DNA of 64,000 bases from Alloascoidea hylecoeti (taxonomy: Eukaryota): NCBI GenBank assembly GCA_001600815.1, contig BCKZ01000025.1, positions 124,001 to 188,000 on the forward strand, read 5' to 3'. Below the pieces are notes generated by a model that saw nothing but the letters and a program-made list of their open reading frames with translations, searched no databases and had not been told where the DNA came from. A program made the position numbers and the translations under genes. Positions 10,183 through 22,198 of the stretch are shown here, piece after piece (positions within the stretch are counted from its first letter, which is position 1; the number at the start of each line of letters is the position of its first letter).

Positions 10183-12027
10183 TTAGGATTCATCTTCTTC
10201 AATATTCCCAATTGTCGTATTAATCTCAACCCTCGATATTCCAAGGGGTTCTTCACCTATCGCTCCGTTACTATTTTGTTGTTTATTTTTAGGTAAGTTT
10301 TTATCTTGATATTTTGATAAATCAATCTCAGAACTATACCTTGATAATCCTTTAGCATAAATTACTGAACCTGTGAAAAGTCCATTACCACCGAGAACTA
10401 AAACCATTGGTGGATCAGTAATCGATTCATTTTTATGATGTGTATATGATACAGTTGTAGGTAATGTATCTGTATATGATCTACTTCGATATTGACTAGG
10501 TTTATTCCTTTGTGGTGATTCTGTATTTGATTTCCATCGTGTTAAATTAAGAGATGAAGATATTAATGATCCTGCTTTTGGTCTTGATCTACTATTAGTA
10601 GTAATTTTACTAGCACTAGTATTATTAGAATTTATTAATAAAGGTGTGCTTTCATTGGAATGGGTTATATTGGCGGCTGGTAAGGAAGATTGTAATGATG
10701 ACGTTGATACAGACTCTGGTATTATTTCATTTACCTCAGATCTCGAGCTTCTTAATTTTTTCAGTCGAGAATCCAGCAAATGAGTAGATAAACTATGATT
10801 ATCATCTTCACGAGGTCTTCGAATACTTACTGCTATCGACGATGTTCTCGATCTTGGTCCTTCTTCATCTAAATTTTGTCTTGTTGCAATATTAGAACCA
10901 CTAATAGAACCAGATCTATAGCGTGTTTCGTTTGATTGTAAATGATCATTAGTAAAATCAATAGAATGATGAACTGATGCTGATGAAGGTGTATGATTTG
11001 ATTCTGAAGATTGATGAAAAGCTGAAATCATATAAACACCACAAAAAGTAAATAAACAACCAAAAATAAATCTTATAATTTGTTTTTTTGATTGATTTTC
11101 AAAATCATGATAAATAATTGCAGAACCAAACATTACTGAAATTGTAAATAAAACAAATTGTAATGGTATAACTTGAGTTGAATCAAATAATTGTAATGCT
11201 TTATTTAAATATTTTATTTGAAATATTGCAGTAATTAAAGCAATTAAAACCAAGATATAAAAAATTGGATTTTTTAATGATGGTAATAAATCAAAACTTA
11301 TTAACATACTAATTGCTTTTGTTGATAAAGCAGTATAACCACCAAATAATGAAACAACTATTAAAGTTGATAATAAATAAATAAATTTTGATTTTTTAGA
11401 ATAATTTCTCCAATCTGATAAATTTCTACCATAATAATTTTTATTTAAAATATGAATTAATATTGAAAGAAATAAAACTGTTGAAATTAAATAAATTTTA
11501 AATGAAAAATCATTTAACCTAGAAAATATCCAATCTGTTGGACTACCATTTGGTATATCTCCATTTCCAGGCGATGATAAAACAATACATAATATACCAA
11601 CAACAGATAAAAAAACACCAAAAATCTCTGAAAATTTAATTTTTTCATCGAAAAAAGTTGGAGCAATTATACAATTTGAAATCATTGCAACCACACCCAG
11701 TGGAGAAACAACAGAGGCTGGTGCAAAGCCATAGGCTAAAAAATTTCCCAGTTCACCAGCGGACATTAATGACATTCCTAACCACCACCATTTGCTTTTT
11801 AAGTAGGAGTTATTTTCATGATGATCTATATTGTTGGTATTGTCTTGAAATTGCAAGGGAGAATCCAAATGGACGGCATTGTTTCTTTGTAGTAGTCGAT
11901 GGGCATACCGTTGAACGTTAAGGGCGATACTGATAAGGATATTTCCACAGATCGAGGTCAAAATACCTATTAAGGCATAAGAAGTCGGAGAAAGTAGAGT
12001 CCAAACGTGATCTTGAGAAAGTACCAT
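10183..12027 (-). CDS. NIPA-family Mg2+ transporter with a long Ser-rich cytosolic tail
   Basis: YLKSKWWWLGMSLMSAGELGNFLAYGFAPASVVSPLG and YLNKALQLFDSTQVIP signatures. Confidence 0.9.
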   Translation of the reverse strand: MVLSQDHVWTLLSPTSYALIGILTSICGNILISIALNVQRYAHRLLQRNNAVHLDSPLQFQDNTNNIDHHENNSYLKSKWWWLGMSLMSAGELGNFLAYGFAPASVVSPLGVVAMISNCIIAPTFFDEKIKFSEIFGVFLSVVGILCIVLSSPGNGDIPNGSPTDWIFSRLNDFSFKIYLISTVLFLSILIHILNKNYYGRNLSDWRNYSKKSKFIYLLSTLIVVSLFGGYTALSTKAISMLISFDLLPSLKNPIFYILVLIALITAIFQIKYLNKALQLFDSTQVIPLQFVLFTISVMFGSAIIYHDFENQSKKQIIRFIFGCLFTFCGVYMISAFHQSSESNHTPSSASVHHSIDFTNDHLQSNETRYRSGSISGSNIATRQNLDEEGPRSRTSSIAVSIRRPREDDNHSLSTHLLDSRLKKLRSSRSEVNEIIPESVSTSSLQSSLPAANITHSNESTPLLINSNNTSASKITTNSRSRPKAGSLISSSLNLTRWKSNTESPQRNKPSQYRSRSYTDTLPTTVSYTHHKNESITDPPMVLVLGGNGLFTGSVIYAKGLSRYSSEIDLSKYQDKNLPKNKQQNSNGAIGEEPLGISRVEINTTIGNIEEDES

Positions 12028-12221
12028 TTGCTTATAAATTCATGGAGTGTTTGTGGAGCCGGCTTATTTCTGTAATATTCATTTGAAGGTTGAAGGGTTG
12101 CAATTATACATCACATCATCTTACTAACATTTTCTTTTGGTTAATGTCTGTTATTCAGCAAAAGAGCCTCATTTTACTTCTAATTATCGGATTTTGCATT
12201 TATCTAAAGTATTATTCAGCT

Positions 12222-12470
12222 ATGGCCCAGGAAAAGAACGAACCACCCCAAAAGCTTTCTCAGGAGGAAGCTGATAAGGCCGTGAAAGATTCTATGATTA
12301 ATGGCGAACTATACGTCAAAATGGGGAAAAAACTGATTCCATGGTCTAAAATTAATAAACCACATGCTGTTATTGATCCTCACCATCGTGATAACTATTT
12401 CCGCAATAACATAAATCCCAAACAGAAGGTGCTTGACAATTCTGAAGACTTGAATGAGAAGAAGGAATAA
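12222..12470 (+). CDS. Small hypothetical protein of about 82 aa; 5' structure uncertain
   Basis: Open frame from ATG 12222. TACTAAC at 12122 and an acceptor-like TTCAG at about 12158 suggest an upstream intron. Confidence 0.5.
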   Translation: MAQEKNEPPQKLSQEEADKAVKDSMINGELYVKMGKKLIPWSKINKPHAVIDPHHRDNYFRNNINPKQKVLDNSEDLNEKKE

Positions 12471-12718
12471 TTTCTACTTAACTACTAGTCTACTACATGC
12501 GTGGCAAACTTTCAATTAGTGTGTTTCTACATTATTTATTTATTTAAAATTATTGATTTATTATTATCTATTTATTTACTTGTCTCTAATTATTAGATCT
12601 TAAATTATATTTATCTATTATATCCTTGATAATAATTTTTCACGTGCCGTCCACGATATGTCAGTACTCCTTAATTAGGATTTTGGACCTCCTCGATCAC
12701 AGGCATCAAATAATATAA

Positions 12719-14443
12719 ATGGTCTTCTCACTCCCTCGAAGGTGGACTCGGCAAATCCTCTACCTGTTGATGGTATTAGGAGCGATAATATCTTTCCTCG
12801 TAATAACAGATATCTTCTATGTTGCGATACTCCCGTCTCATTTACATAACACCCTTCTTCAACCTCTTCATCAACCAGAAGAAGTTGTCGTTGATATTAA
12901 AATCGTCGACTGCCTGAAAATCTCCACTTGTTCCCAAGGTGAGGGTTGGTTTAAAGTACCGACAGACTTAAGACTTGGTGAATCATGGACTGCCCAAACT
13001 TTTGTATTTATTAATAGAGTAAACAAAGAAATCTTGGATATGGATAAAATAGATGGAACCATCAAAGATATAGCCATATCGAATCGAAATGATACATATT
13101 TACAAGATAACACCATTAATCTACCGGAAAAGGTTTATAATGAAATTAAAACTCATACAGCAGAAGGTAAACCTTTGGATTTCACTAATCTTAGTACAGT
13201 TAAATCTTTAGGTTGGGATAAATTATCACATAATCTTTGGGTTAAAAGAGGTAAATATGACCCAACGAATTGTATTACTGGAGTCGATGTTTTATTCAGT
13301 AATGAAGCAGTTGATCCAAGGCCTGGTTGGGAGCTACAATCTTCACCATTAGACGTTGATCATTCTAAAGATCTAGCGCCATATTTAACAATAAGAAAAG
13401 GTTATAAATTTGAAGTGCCTAAACCACATCTTAAATTCACAAAAGAACATAAATATAAAATACTTCAGGTTTCTGATTTACATTTTTCAACTGGGTTTGC
13501 CGAATGTATTGATCCATTCCCACCAGAAACTAAAGATGGTTGCATTGCTGATCAACGATCGTTAAAATTTGTTAAAAAAGTCTTAAAACTTGAAAAACCT
13601 GATTTAATAATATTAACTGGAGATTTGGTTTATGGTAAACAATCTCCTGATACAAAAACCGCTTTATTTAAAGCTGTTTCTCCATTTATTGAAAATAAAA
13701 TCCCATGGGGTATGGTACTTGGTAATCATGACCATCAAGGAAGTTTAAATAGAAAACAAATTATGGATTTAGCATCAACTTTACCATATTCAGTAAGTGA
13801 AAGAGGTCCTGAAGATGCTGAAGGTGAAGGTAATTATGTCTTAAAAGTAATGTCAAAAAACAATCATCCTGGTTTATCTTTATATCTTTTGGATACTCAT
13901 TCCTATTCAACAAATCCAAAAGTAAAAGGTTATGACTGGTTAAGACTCAATCAATTACGATTTGTCGAAGATCAATATTTTGAACTTTTACCAGAACAAA
14001 AGAAATATGTTAATATACCTTTATCGATGGCTTTTTTCCATATTCCTTTGACTGAATATAGAGAAACAACAAATAAACCAATTATTGGTTCATATAAAGA
14101 AGGTTCCACTGCTCCAAATTTTAATACGGGAGGTAGACAAATATTTGATAAAGTTGGTGTTAGTGTTATAAGTGTTGGTCATGATCATTGTAATGATTTT
14201 TGTATGTTAGATACTTTACCCATTGAAGATGGGAAACATAAAGCTTGGTTGTGTCACGGTGGTGCGGCAGGAGAAGGTGGATACGGCGGATATGGAGGAA
14301 CAGCACGTCGTTTAAGAGTATTTGAAATTGATGGTCCTGCTAATATGATTACAACCTGGAAAAGGGTTGAAGGTAATGAAGGTCAGATTTTAGATAAACA
14401 GGTCTTAGTTAATAATGAAGTAGTTAATTCTGATTATAGTTAA
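12719..14443 (+). CDS. DCR2: Calcineurin-like metallophosphoesterase with an N-terminal membrane anchor (Dcr2-like)
   Basis: KILQVSDLH, PDLIILTGD, GNHD, AFFHIPL, GHDHCND and GEGGYGGYGG motifs. Confidence 0.85.
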   Translation: MVFSLPRRWTRQILYLLMVLGAIISFLVITDIFYVAILPSHLHNTLLQPLHQPEEVVVDIKIVDCLKISTCSQGEGWFKVPTDLRLGESWTAQTFVFINRVNKEILDMDKIDGTIKDIAISNRNDTYLQDNTINLPEKVYNEIKTHTAEGKPLDFTNLSTVKSLGWDKLSHNLWVKRGKYDPTNCITGVDVLFSNEAVDPRPGWELQSSPLDVDHSKDLAPYLTIRKGYKFEVPKPHLKFTKEHKYKILQVSDLHFSTGFAECIDPFPPETKDGCIADQRSLKFVKKVLKLEKPDLIILTGDLVYGKQSPDTKTALFKAVSPFIENKIPWGMVLGNHDHQGSLNRKQIMDLASTLPYSVSERGPEDAEGEGNYVLKVMSKNNHPGLSLYLLDTHSYSTNPKVKGYDWLRLNQLRFVEDQYFELLPEQKKYVNIPLSMAFFHIPLTEYRETTNKPIIGSYKEGSTAPNFNTGGRQIFDKVGVSVISVGHDHCNDFCMLDTLPIEDGKHKAWLCHGGAAGEGGYGGYGGTARRLRVFEIDGPANMITTWKRVEGNEGQILDKQVLVNNEVVNSDYS

Positions 14444-15365
14444 AGCATTTGGTCTTCAGGATCATTAATTATATTTTTTTTTATATATTATAAGCATTTA
14501 TGTCTGATCATGATTCTAGTAATTTTAGAAAGATTTTAGACGTAGAGTATTAATTAATTATAGTTATTTTAGATCGGTGGGAATGAATCCCTATATATTC
14601 CCACACAAAACATATATAAACTATAAGCTATAAAGTATGAGTAGATATTGACTAGAACAGTAACATTATTCATTTTTAACAGATTCTTTTGAATTTTTAT
14701 ACATAAATTTGAAAATAACTCCAATACATACAATCCTGATCATGATCTTTTTGGTTTAATTTTCACTCAGAACGTGTAGACCTCTTGATAAACCTCATTT
14801 GAGAATATCTAGATCACATCGAAGCCTTGATCATTTTTAATCACTTGAAATGTAAATGACTCGGGTGACTAAAGATCTATAGCGGTATCTAGTCTATTTG
14901 GTGGGAGCAGGCTATACCTATACCAACAGAATAGTAGATGTTCACCATACTCTAAACGTTCAGATCACTTACATTTACTTAATTGGAATCAAGCCGTTTA
15001 GACGCGCACAATGTTATCAGTGAATCTAAAAGTTTTCTTAGCTGAATAAGTTGTATGTGATGACTGGCTGAAATGAATCTGTTTTATTTCATACCCCTTT
15101 ATTAATATTAGTTATGCACACTCTAAGATATTAGCTTATATCGGGATCCCCTTACAGAATGTGTGTTTGTGAATCAAATCACCACAACAATTTTATTAGT
15201 CAATTCTTAATAAACAGTCAATTAAACAGTATCACATTGATTTTAACTTAATTAGAGCATAGAAAATATGAACTTCACTTTTTTTCTTGGATGACACTAT
15301 TTTTACAACTCATTACATAACATCAGTCTTAACTCTCGAAATCATGACACAAACGTAAAGTATTT

Positions 15366-15610
15366 TTAGAACATGAAATCTTCAACTTCAGCGGCTGTAG
15401 CCCCATTGTAAACTAATTCATTACCGACAACGATTGTGTCGACAACATCATTAAATTCATGGCCAGCAAGACCACAGCTAGCGGCAATAGAGTAAATATC
15501 TGTTTGTAAAGCATCCTTTGATGAAATATCATTAAGAGCGACAATTAACTTGTTTTGACACATCCATTGCTTCTAAAGCATATTGAACAACAGCATAATC
15601 AATCTCTCAT
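15366..15610 (-). pseudogene. Fragment of a GH17 glucanase (Scw4/Scw10/Bgl2-like)
   Basis: DVVDTIVVGNELVYNGATAAEV resembles the GH17 catalytic GNE region; frameshifted upstream, stop downstream, no full ORF. Confidence 0.6.
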
Positions 15611-15884
15611 GATCAAATGATCATATAATAGATGTACACGATTAATGCATACATTAGAAATGGTGGGATTAATTTCTTTATTCTAAATTTCCTCAAAATT
15701 CGGCTATCCCCCAAATATATTATTACCAAAATATGTACCATGCAAACCAAGTACAATTTGTATAAGTTAGAAAACCAAGCAAAGGGGTTTATCAAGTGAA
15801 TATATATACAGGATGATCTCATAATTTATTTTCGCTTTGGCTCACTCACATCACTAATTATTAACAACTATAGTTTTCTTCACA

Positions 15885-16115
15885 CTTGTTTATTCCACTT
15901 AATTTAGGCCACATTCTGAACTAAATATTCGGCCCTTTACTGACGTGTGGCCATACTTTTCCTTGATTTTCAGTTGTGGATATTCTAAGAATCCTTGGTA
16001 CTAGTTTCTTATATTAAGATGGAAGATGATGGCCAATAATTTGTATTCAACATTGCCAAATATGTAGTCAGTCATGTTGACGAATACGTAGTTCACTACT
16101 GGCCGAATATTTAGT
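15885..16115. repeat. Inward-facing arrays of a periodic ACTwAwwTCGGCC-like unit (MITE-like relic)
   Basis: Perfect 15-bp inverted pair ACTAAATATTCGGCC (15920-15934) and GGCCGAATATTTAGT (16101-16115); degenerate units near 15907, 15949, 16031, 16054 and 16078. Confidence 0.6.
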
Positions 16116-16594
16116 CTATCATACTTCTTATTCCTTTTCCCATCAAAAATAGCTGCAATATATAGTCACAAATGTTTAATATTCCCATCTCGCTAATTGT
16201 AATTTTGTAGTTCAGGATAATAATTTTCATTCCTAAGTGATAATTTAATCGCATATCAATCATTTCTGATACTTTTAAGCTATAGTAAAAAATTGAAAAA
16301 TTTAGAATTAGAATTAGTTGTGAATATTAAAATTGGAAAGAGGAAAAAGATCTGCTCTTAATTTTTCATGTTTTATTAACAATATTATTTTTAAATGTGG
16401 AGAAATGTGATTTGAACTGTTACTTTGAAACAGTAGTAAAACTCTCCATCCGCCATTTATAAAATTTACAACGTGAACGCCATTAAAATTTCAGTGAAGT
16501 CATTTTATTAGATACCCAATACTATAGACAACTATATAACCTATGCCTGTTGACGATTAATTTGATATTTAGTTGTTTCCCAGAGTATAATATA

Positions 16595-16787
16595 GAGTTG
16601 CTCCATTTATTTTCAGCCATGTTGATTACTAATTATCGCCCCTCCTCATTACTAAATTTTGACCGGGAAAGGCACCCGAGACAATTTCATTTAAACGGGT
16701 CATACCAGTAGTAATATGGCCGAAAATTAGTTATGGAGATGGCCTATAATTAGTAAAAACCATGGCCGAATTTAAGTGAAAGGGCTG
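16595..16787. mobile_element. Putative non-autonomous MITE-like element with inverted arms of three GGCC-type units
   Basis: Left arm (16595-16665) and right arm (16700-16787) are degenerate reverse complements; the right arm matches 21407-21500. No target-site duplication visible. Confidence 0.5.
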
Positions 16788-16988
16788 CACTAAGCCTAAG
16801 CTGAGCACGTTTCAAAGGTGCCATGCCATCACTCATAATCAGTTACTGCCACTGGAAGATCGAAAATCCAAACCCACTTTATGGATAGTTTATAATCTTA
16901 TGTTAATATATAGGCATGTATCTTCTTATACTGTTGTTAATTTATTAAAGAATGGTTCTATATACCAATTCTGATTTTATAGTAATCA

Positions 16989-17717
16989 CTAGTTAACCAA
17001 ACTAATACCCTCTGTACGACCTGTTGAAATATAATCATTACCATCAAACCAAATCTTCTTTCCCAATCCTATTAATTTATAGGTGATATTATTCTTAATT
17101 CTAATATATTTAGGAACTGGTTTTCCATCAGCATCTAAATCGATATTTCGATTCATCTCTTCAGCAAAGTATTCATCAGCAAAATTAGTTTCAGAAATCA
17201 ATCTTCTTGTATATGAAATAATGGTTAATGTATTGTATAAATTTAAAGAAATTCCAATTAAAAGACCCCAAACTGTATATCCGATTATTGATTTCATTGT
17301 CTTCCCATCAACCTCCTGTCCATTTTCAGGATCTGTGATTTTATAAGAGCCAGTTAATAATGCCACAATGTTGAAAAGAACACTAATAAAGGTAATTGTG
17401 CTATCTATAAGTTGTACATAAGAAACCATGATTAAAGGAGTTGGATTCCTTTTTAAAAGCCCGTTAAAACCTCTGATATAAATATGTAGATAAAAAACAC
17501 TGATTAAACAGCTAACCCACCACCCAAGAGTAAAAGAACTTTGTACACCGGGAACATCGGGAGTTTTTTTATTGAACAATGGTAAGGAGGCAAGAATGAT
17601 TGTAAGCGCTACTATCAGAACATAGATAAAGGTAGAGAATCCCAGAATTATAATTGACCCTGTGCGGATTGACATACACTTAAAATATGTCCTTGGTAGA
17701 ATTTTAGAAAGCTCCAT
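16989..17717 (-). CDS. KEI1: Kei1/DUF1753-like membrane protein (IPC synthase regulatory subunit-like)
   Basis: N-terminal LPRTYFKCMSIRTG motif followed by four TM helices. Confidence 0.6.
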   Translation of the reverse strand: MELSKILPRTYFKCMSIRTGSIIILGFSTFIYVLIVALTIILASLPLFNKKTPDVPGVQSSFTLGWWVSCLISVFYLHIYIRGFNGLLKRNPTPLIMVSYVQLIDSTITFISVLFNIVALLTGSYKITDPENGQEVDGKTMKSIIGYTVWGLLIGISLNLYNTLTIISYTRRLISETNFADEYFAEEMNRNIDLDADGKPVPKYIRIKNNITYKLIGLGKKIWFDGNDYISTGRTEGISLVN

Positions 17718-19443
17718 TGTTGTAGGTGTGGAAAAGAATATTGCAAGTTACGTGTGTTCAGCTTCACATAAAGATAAATGGGTTAGTGTGGCAATTACCC
17801 GGATTGAGGCTGTAAAGATTTGGTGTGTGCATTGCATCCCTAATTATATTTAATTAGCAGTGTATATAATCTAGTAGGTTAATGATCTCAAGGAATGATT
17901 AGACACGAGAATGATATTCAAAAGAAGTTAACAACAAGGTTAAAGTGATTGCGTTTGTGTTTGTATTTGTATTTATAATTGTGTTTGCGTTTGGAATTTG
18001 TAACCTTTTATCGGGCTAAATATTCAAAATTCTATTAATCAATGTATTTATTAGAATTATTATACCGATCGTCATAGACTCTAGGAATAACTCAAGATTA
18101 TGCTCAAGATCTTTCAACGTTTCTGTTATAAACTCAATTAATGTTATGAGTGAAAATTAGGATTCACAAATTGAGCCGAGCTCTCTTCTTCTAATAGAAC
18201 CATAATACAGGTATATGGCATGAAGAAAAATAGATGAGTTATGAGCCTTTATAGTAACTATTTAATTCTAGACCTCTATAAGCTTATGGTGGTTTGATTC
18301 TGCAAAATAATATAGTATTTTTCCTTTTTATAATACTTGAACTCTTCATTTTGTTTCTTAGCGACCAAAAACTTTACTGATTACCTTTTTTATTACTACA
18401 AGGTTGATCCGGACCATATAATCACGTAGTCATTTGCTATTTATTAGGGATGCATTATTTGTAAATCAATGGTAAAGTATCTGAGTTCTTTGAAGTGTGT
18501 GTGTAGGGAGAACACTATGAATATTAATGCTGTGAACGAAACTCAAAGGATCTAAGCATAAAATATGAAGAATTCTCTGGTTATTATTAGTTATAAGGGG
18601 GATGAATTAAATATGAACTAATTAATTTATTCCGTAACATTAAAGTTAACTATTGATGAGATCCAGGGGAAATAACTATTAATTATACTTGTTTCTTCAA
18701 TATCTTACTTAGATTATAAATCATTAATGTAAAATGAGCTGAATTGTATTCAACACAATAAATGTATAGAATTTGTTCTATTCATTAGACATCTTTCTTC
18801 TCCATTGATACTTTTCGAATATCAAGCCGCTAATACGCTAAAGCATATAACTATAGGATACTTCAATAAAAGATCATAAATTTCCATACCCAATTGAAAC
18901 TAATTTGAACTCACTCAAAAAAGAGAACATTGACTGACCTAGCCGATTATCCAACTTTTGATAAGAAAGTACCGACCGATCTGAATTTGATATTAAAAAT
19001 AATACTATGAATGAAGCGATGAAATATCACTGATTTCTTCTTTAAGCCACAGTGATGAAGCGATAATGCTGTAACTGGTGTTAGTGCTTTATTCAGTAAT
19101 CAAATAGTTAATCCAAAATCTGAATGGACTCTAATCAAAATATCTTTAAATATTGAACATTTGGCTCTTTATAAGAATGAGTGTTGCGGGTGGGATTCAT
19201 AAACTTCCTCATATTGAACCGTATATGGACCCCAGCGGATCCTGATGTTGAAACAGCATTATACCAATCCTTTACTCCTTATATTGATAGAGAGGCCATG
19301 TTTGCTACTGTTTCAAAAATGTTTATGGCCATCAATTTCTAGTTGAAAATGAATTGCTGTTTCTGAAATAAATGCAGAAATTATAAAATTGGAGGTTTGT
19401 CTTATTTTATTTTTGAGTACACCTATTCACCACTTATCACACC

Positions 19444-20231
19444 ATGAGTTCGTCACTGTCATCACCCACAGATCTATACCCAGATGTCTTTGCAGACCAG
19501 CCTCTCCCTAAATCTCAAGTAAATTCATTATGCTTGGATCTTCTACTTGGTGAAATGCTCCCGTTAGCTATTCGTGTTTGTCAACAACTAGACTCAGAAG
19601 CTGCCGTGCAATCCACAGACTCGACAGTTAACAAAGATACACGTAACTCAGAAGAGGAACATGCCGGAGGAGTCGAATATCTAGAAACAGATCTATTTCA
19701 ATCAGAAGATGTGGTGTACAGAATGGAATTATATGGTTATAATATGGGACTTAGGATAGGAGAGTTGTTATCCCAGGATGGTGATAAATTCGTTGAACCC
19801 TTGGAGATCATGAAATTTATTTGTCGAGATGTTTGGAAGGTGCTATATGGCAAACAAATGGATAATTTACGAACAAATCATAGGGTATGTGCTACTAATG
19901 TATTATGATTATTTTGATGTGAATATCCTAACAATTATTGATGAACTTAGGGGACTTATGTCCTGATAGATAACAATTTTAAAATGATTTCTAAATTTGA
20001 GAGTCAGCAAGGATTAAGTGATACAATACGAAAAATCAAACCAGTATGAAATACTATCTTGTAAATGTCTTTTTCTGAAATTCAATTAACAATTAATTTT
20101 TTTAGTATTTGTGGTTCCCAAGTGGTGTTATAAGAGGAATACTAGAAACATTAGGAATTGAAGCTGGGGTTTCTGCCGAACTTACTACATACCCAGCCGT
20201 TTCCTTTAGTATCAGATCTTCACCAGTTTAA
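19444..20231 (+). CDS. TRS33: TRAPP complex subunit Trs33; exons 19444-19884, 19951-20043, 20106-20231
   Basis: RMELYGYNMGLRIGE, IMKFICRDVWKVLYGKQMDNLRTNHR|GTYVLIDNNF and YLWFPSGVIRGIL; GTATGT and GTATGA introns restore the frame. Confidence 0.93.
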
Positions 20232-20335
20232 AAATAATTTGACACTTCATGTATTTACTTAATATATAGCCCTAGATCTAGATATTTAACAGTAACTATA
20301 TCTTCTGCAACTGAAATTATTTTATAAAATACGTT

Positions 20336-20947
20336 TCATCCGTTAAGTAGCCATGATGGAGCAGTTCTTGGATCTACTTTGACCCTATCTATATCAAAGG
20401 CCTCGATGAGCAATTCCACTGATACTCTTCCTCCTTTTGATCCCGTAAAACGTCTATATTCTTCAGAAACAGTTGCGAGATTCCAGCCTTGTAGCCGTCG
20501 TAGACAACCAATTATAGTTCCTGTCCGATGTCTTCCCATACCACAGCAGACCAATAGTGGATAATTCTCTTTTTGTGCAATAATATCAAGAGCTGTTGTA
20601 ATTGAACTTTCAGAGAGTCCGTCCCATGGATTACCACCTTCTGAATTAATTCCAAGAAAATGAAACGTTATATCTTCTTCATCACCAAAGTTTAAAAAAC
20701 TATCACTAGGATCTTCGGATGCTAACCAAATTATTGTTTTTAAATGTAATTCTTTAAGAAATGGGAAATTGACTGGTGCCGGTAAACCGGAACGATATAA
20801 ATATCTTTCAACTGGACAAAAATTTAGTGGAGGTACAACTCTTGAAGTATGTCTCCCTAATGACAATCGACTTCCTTTATATGAAGAATTGTGATGGCTA
20901 TAAGTAAGTTCTGAATGCTTATGAGAATTATTAACTTCTTTGAGCAT
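20336..20947 (-). CDS. OCA1: Siw14-family protein tyrosine phosphatase Oca1
   Basis: [16 protein letters not shown] and the CGMGRHR (CX5R) loop, followed by [16 protein letters not shown]. Confidence 0.92.
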   Translation of the reverse strand: MLKEVNNSHKHSELTYSHHNSSYKGSRLSLGRHTSRVVPPLNFCPVERYLYRSGLPAPVNFPFLKELHLKTIIWLASEDPSDSFLNFGDEEDITFHFLGINSEGGNPWDGLSESSITTALDIIAQKENYPLLVCCGMGRHRTGTIIGCLRRLQGWNLATVSEEYRRFTGSKGGRVSVELLIEAFDIDRVKVDPRTAPSWLLNG

Positions 20948-21406
20948 TTAATTGATGTGTTTTTAAGAATTGTAATTATTCAATTACACTACTTGTAAGT
21001 TTAAGGAACTGTGAACTTATATATAAATTCTCTCCTTTCGAATAAAAGATTGTTAGCTATATTTACTATAATATTCCAATTATAAGTAAGTTATTAATAT
21101 AATAGTGCAATATGTTACGGTTATTATCGGCACGTGTCTCGAAACTTACTTTCAAGAGGCTAATAATTTTCCTTGATAGCTTTGAATCTGAAAGTATTTC
21201 TTGATACGTTGATCCAACCTTCATATAAGAAACGTGCTAATTATTTAAAACCGAAGAGGAACTAAAAAGAACCGTTGACAGAGAAACAAATTTTAGAATC
21301 ATATAACATTCAATTGTTACGAATATTATTGATCATGAAACATACCCATAATATGATCAGTATCATTATTATCATAGAAAGGCCTTAAACCTTTCTTACC
21401 AATATC

Positions 21407-21500
21407 CAGTTATTTCACTTAGTTTCGGCCATTATGATTACTAATTATAGGCCATAGCCGCCATACCATTACTAAGTTTCCGCCGTATTATTACCGATAT
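21407..21500 (+). repeat. Dispersed copy of the GGCC-unit MITE-like arm
   Basis: TTCACTTAGTTTCGGCCATTATGATTACTAATTATAGGCCAT aligns with the reverse complement of 16700-16787. Confidence 0.7.
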
Positions 21501-22024
21501 GGCGCGTTGGTATGCAGGCATTGCAGGCCCTTTGCAGGGTAACTTTCTTCGGGTACAAAACCCGGACGCAATTTAGTTATGATGGTCTAAATAAATTATG
21601 TGGTAGATGTATACCAATTAATATTGGAAACAGAAAACATAATTATAGTGTATTAAGTAATTAAGGGCTATATCAGTATATATATGAATGGTTATTCAAG
21701 TCAAATAAATTCCAATATCAAGTTTAAAACTTATCAAAATTGTATTAATTTGAAGAAAGATAACAAGTATTTATAACAAATCTTAAAAGGGGAAATTAGA
21801 GGAAGGTGAAAAAATTCCAGAAGTTATTAGGCATAGCTGATAAACTTATATAAAAATAAAAATAAAATAGGAACAAGATGACAACGACAATAAGACAATA
21901 TTAGGGTGATACCTTCGGAATCTTGAGGTATCGATTTTTTAAGAAATCAAATAAATAAATAAGAGGAGATTAGATCATTAGAAATATGAGTGAGTATTAA
22001 TAATGGACTTTTCAATATTTTAAT

Positions 22025-22066
22025 TTCTTTTTCTTTTTCTTTTTCTTTTTCTTTTTCTTTTTTTTT
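22025..22066. repeat. (CTTTT/CTTTTT)n simple repeat downstream of RAS
   Basis: Seen directly. Confidence 0.8.
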
Positions 22067-22198
22067 ATGTGTATTTATTTCTGTTAATTTTATTGATTTT
22101 ATTAGCTTTTATTAGTTTATTTTTGGTGTGTATGTATAATCAGTTGATGGGGTTTATTTTATCTTACATCGATATTGAATTCTCAGAATCTGATCTCT

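Noticed and set aside
15885..16787. Periodic repeats as a CRISPR array
   Set aside because: Eukaryotic context, degenerate units of about 14 nt in both orientations, spacers of only about 10 nt, and no cas genes.
19047..19127. Box C (GTGATGA) and box D (CTGA) with a short CCA/TGG stem, suggesting a C/D snoRNA
   Set aside because: No rRNA-complementary guide could be recognised and the boxes are short enough to occur by chance; needs snoscan or Infernal.
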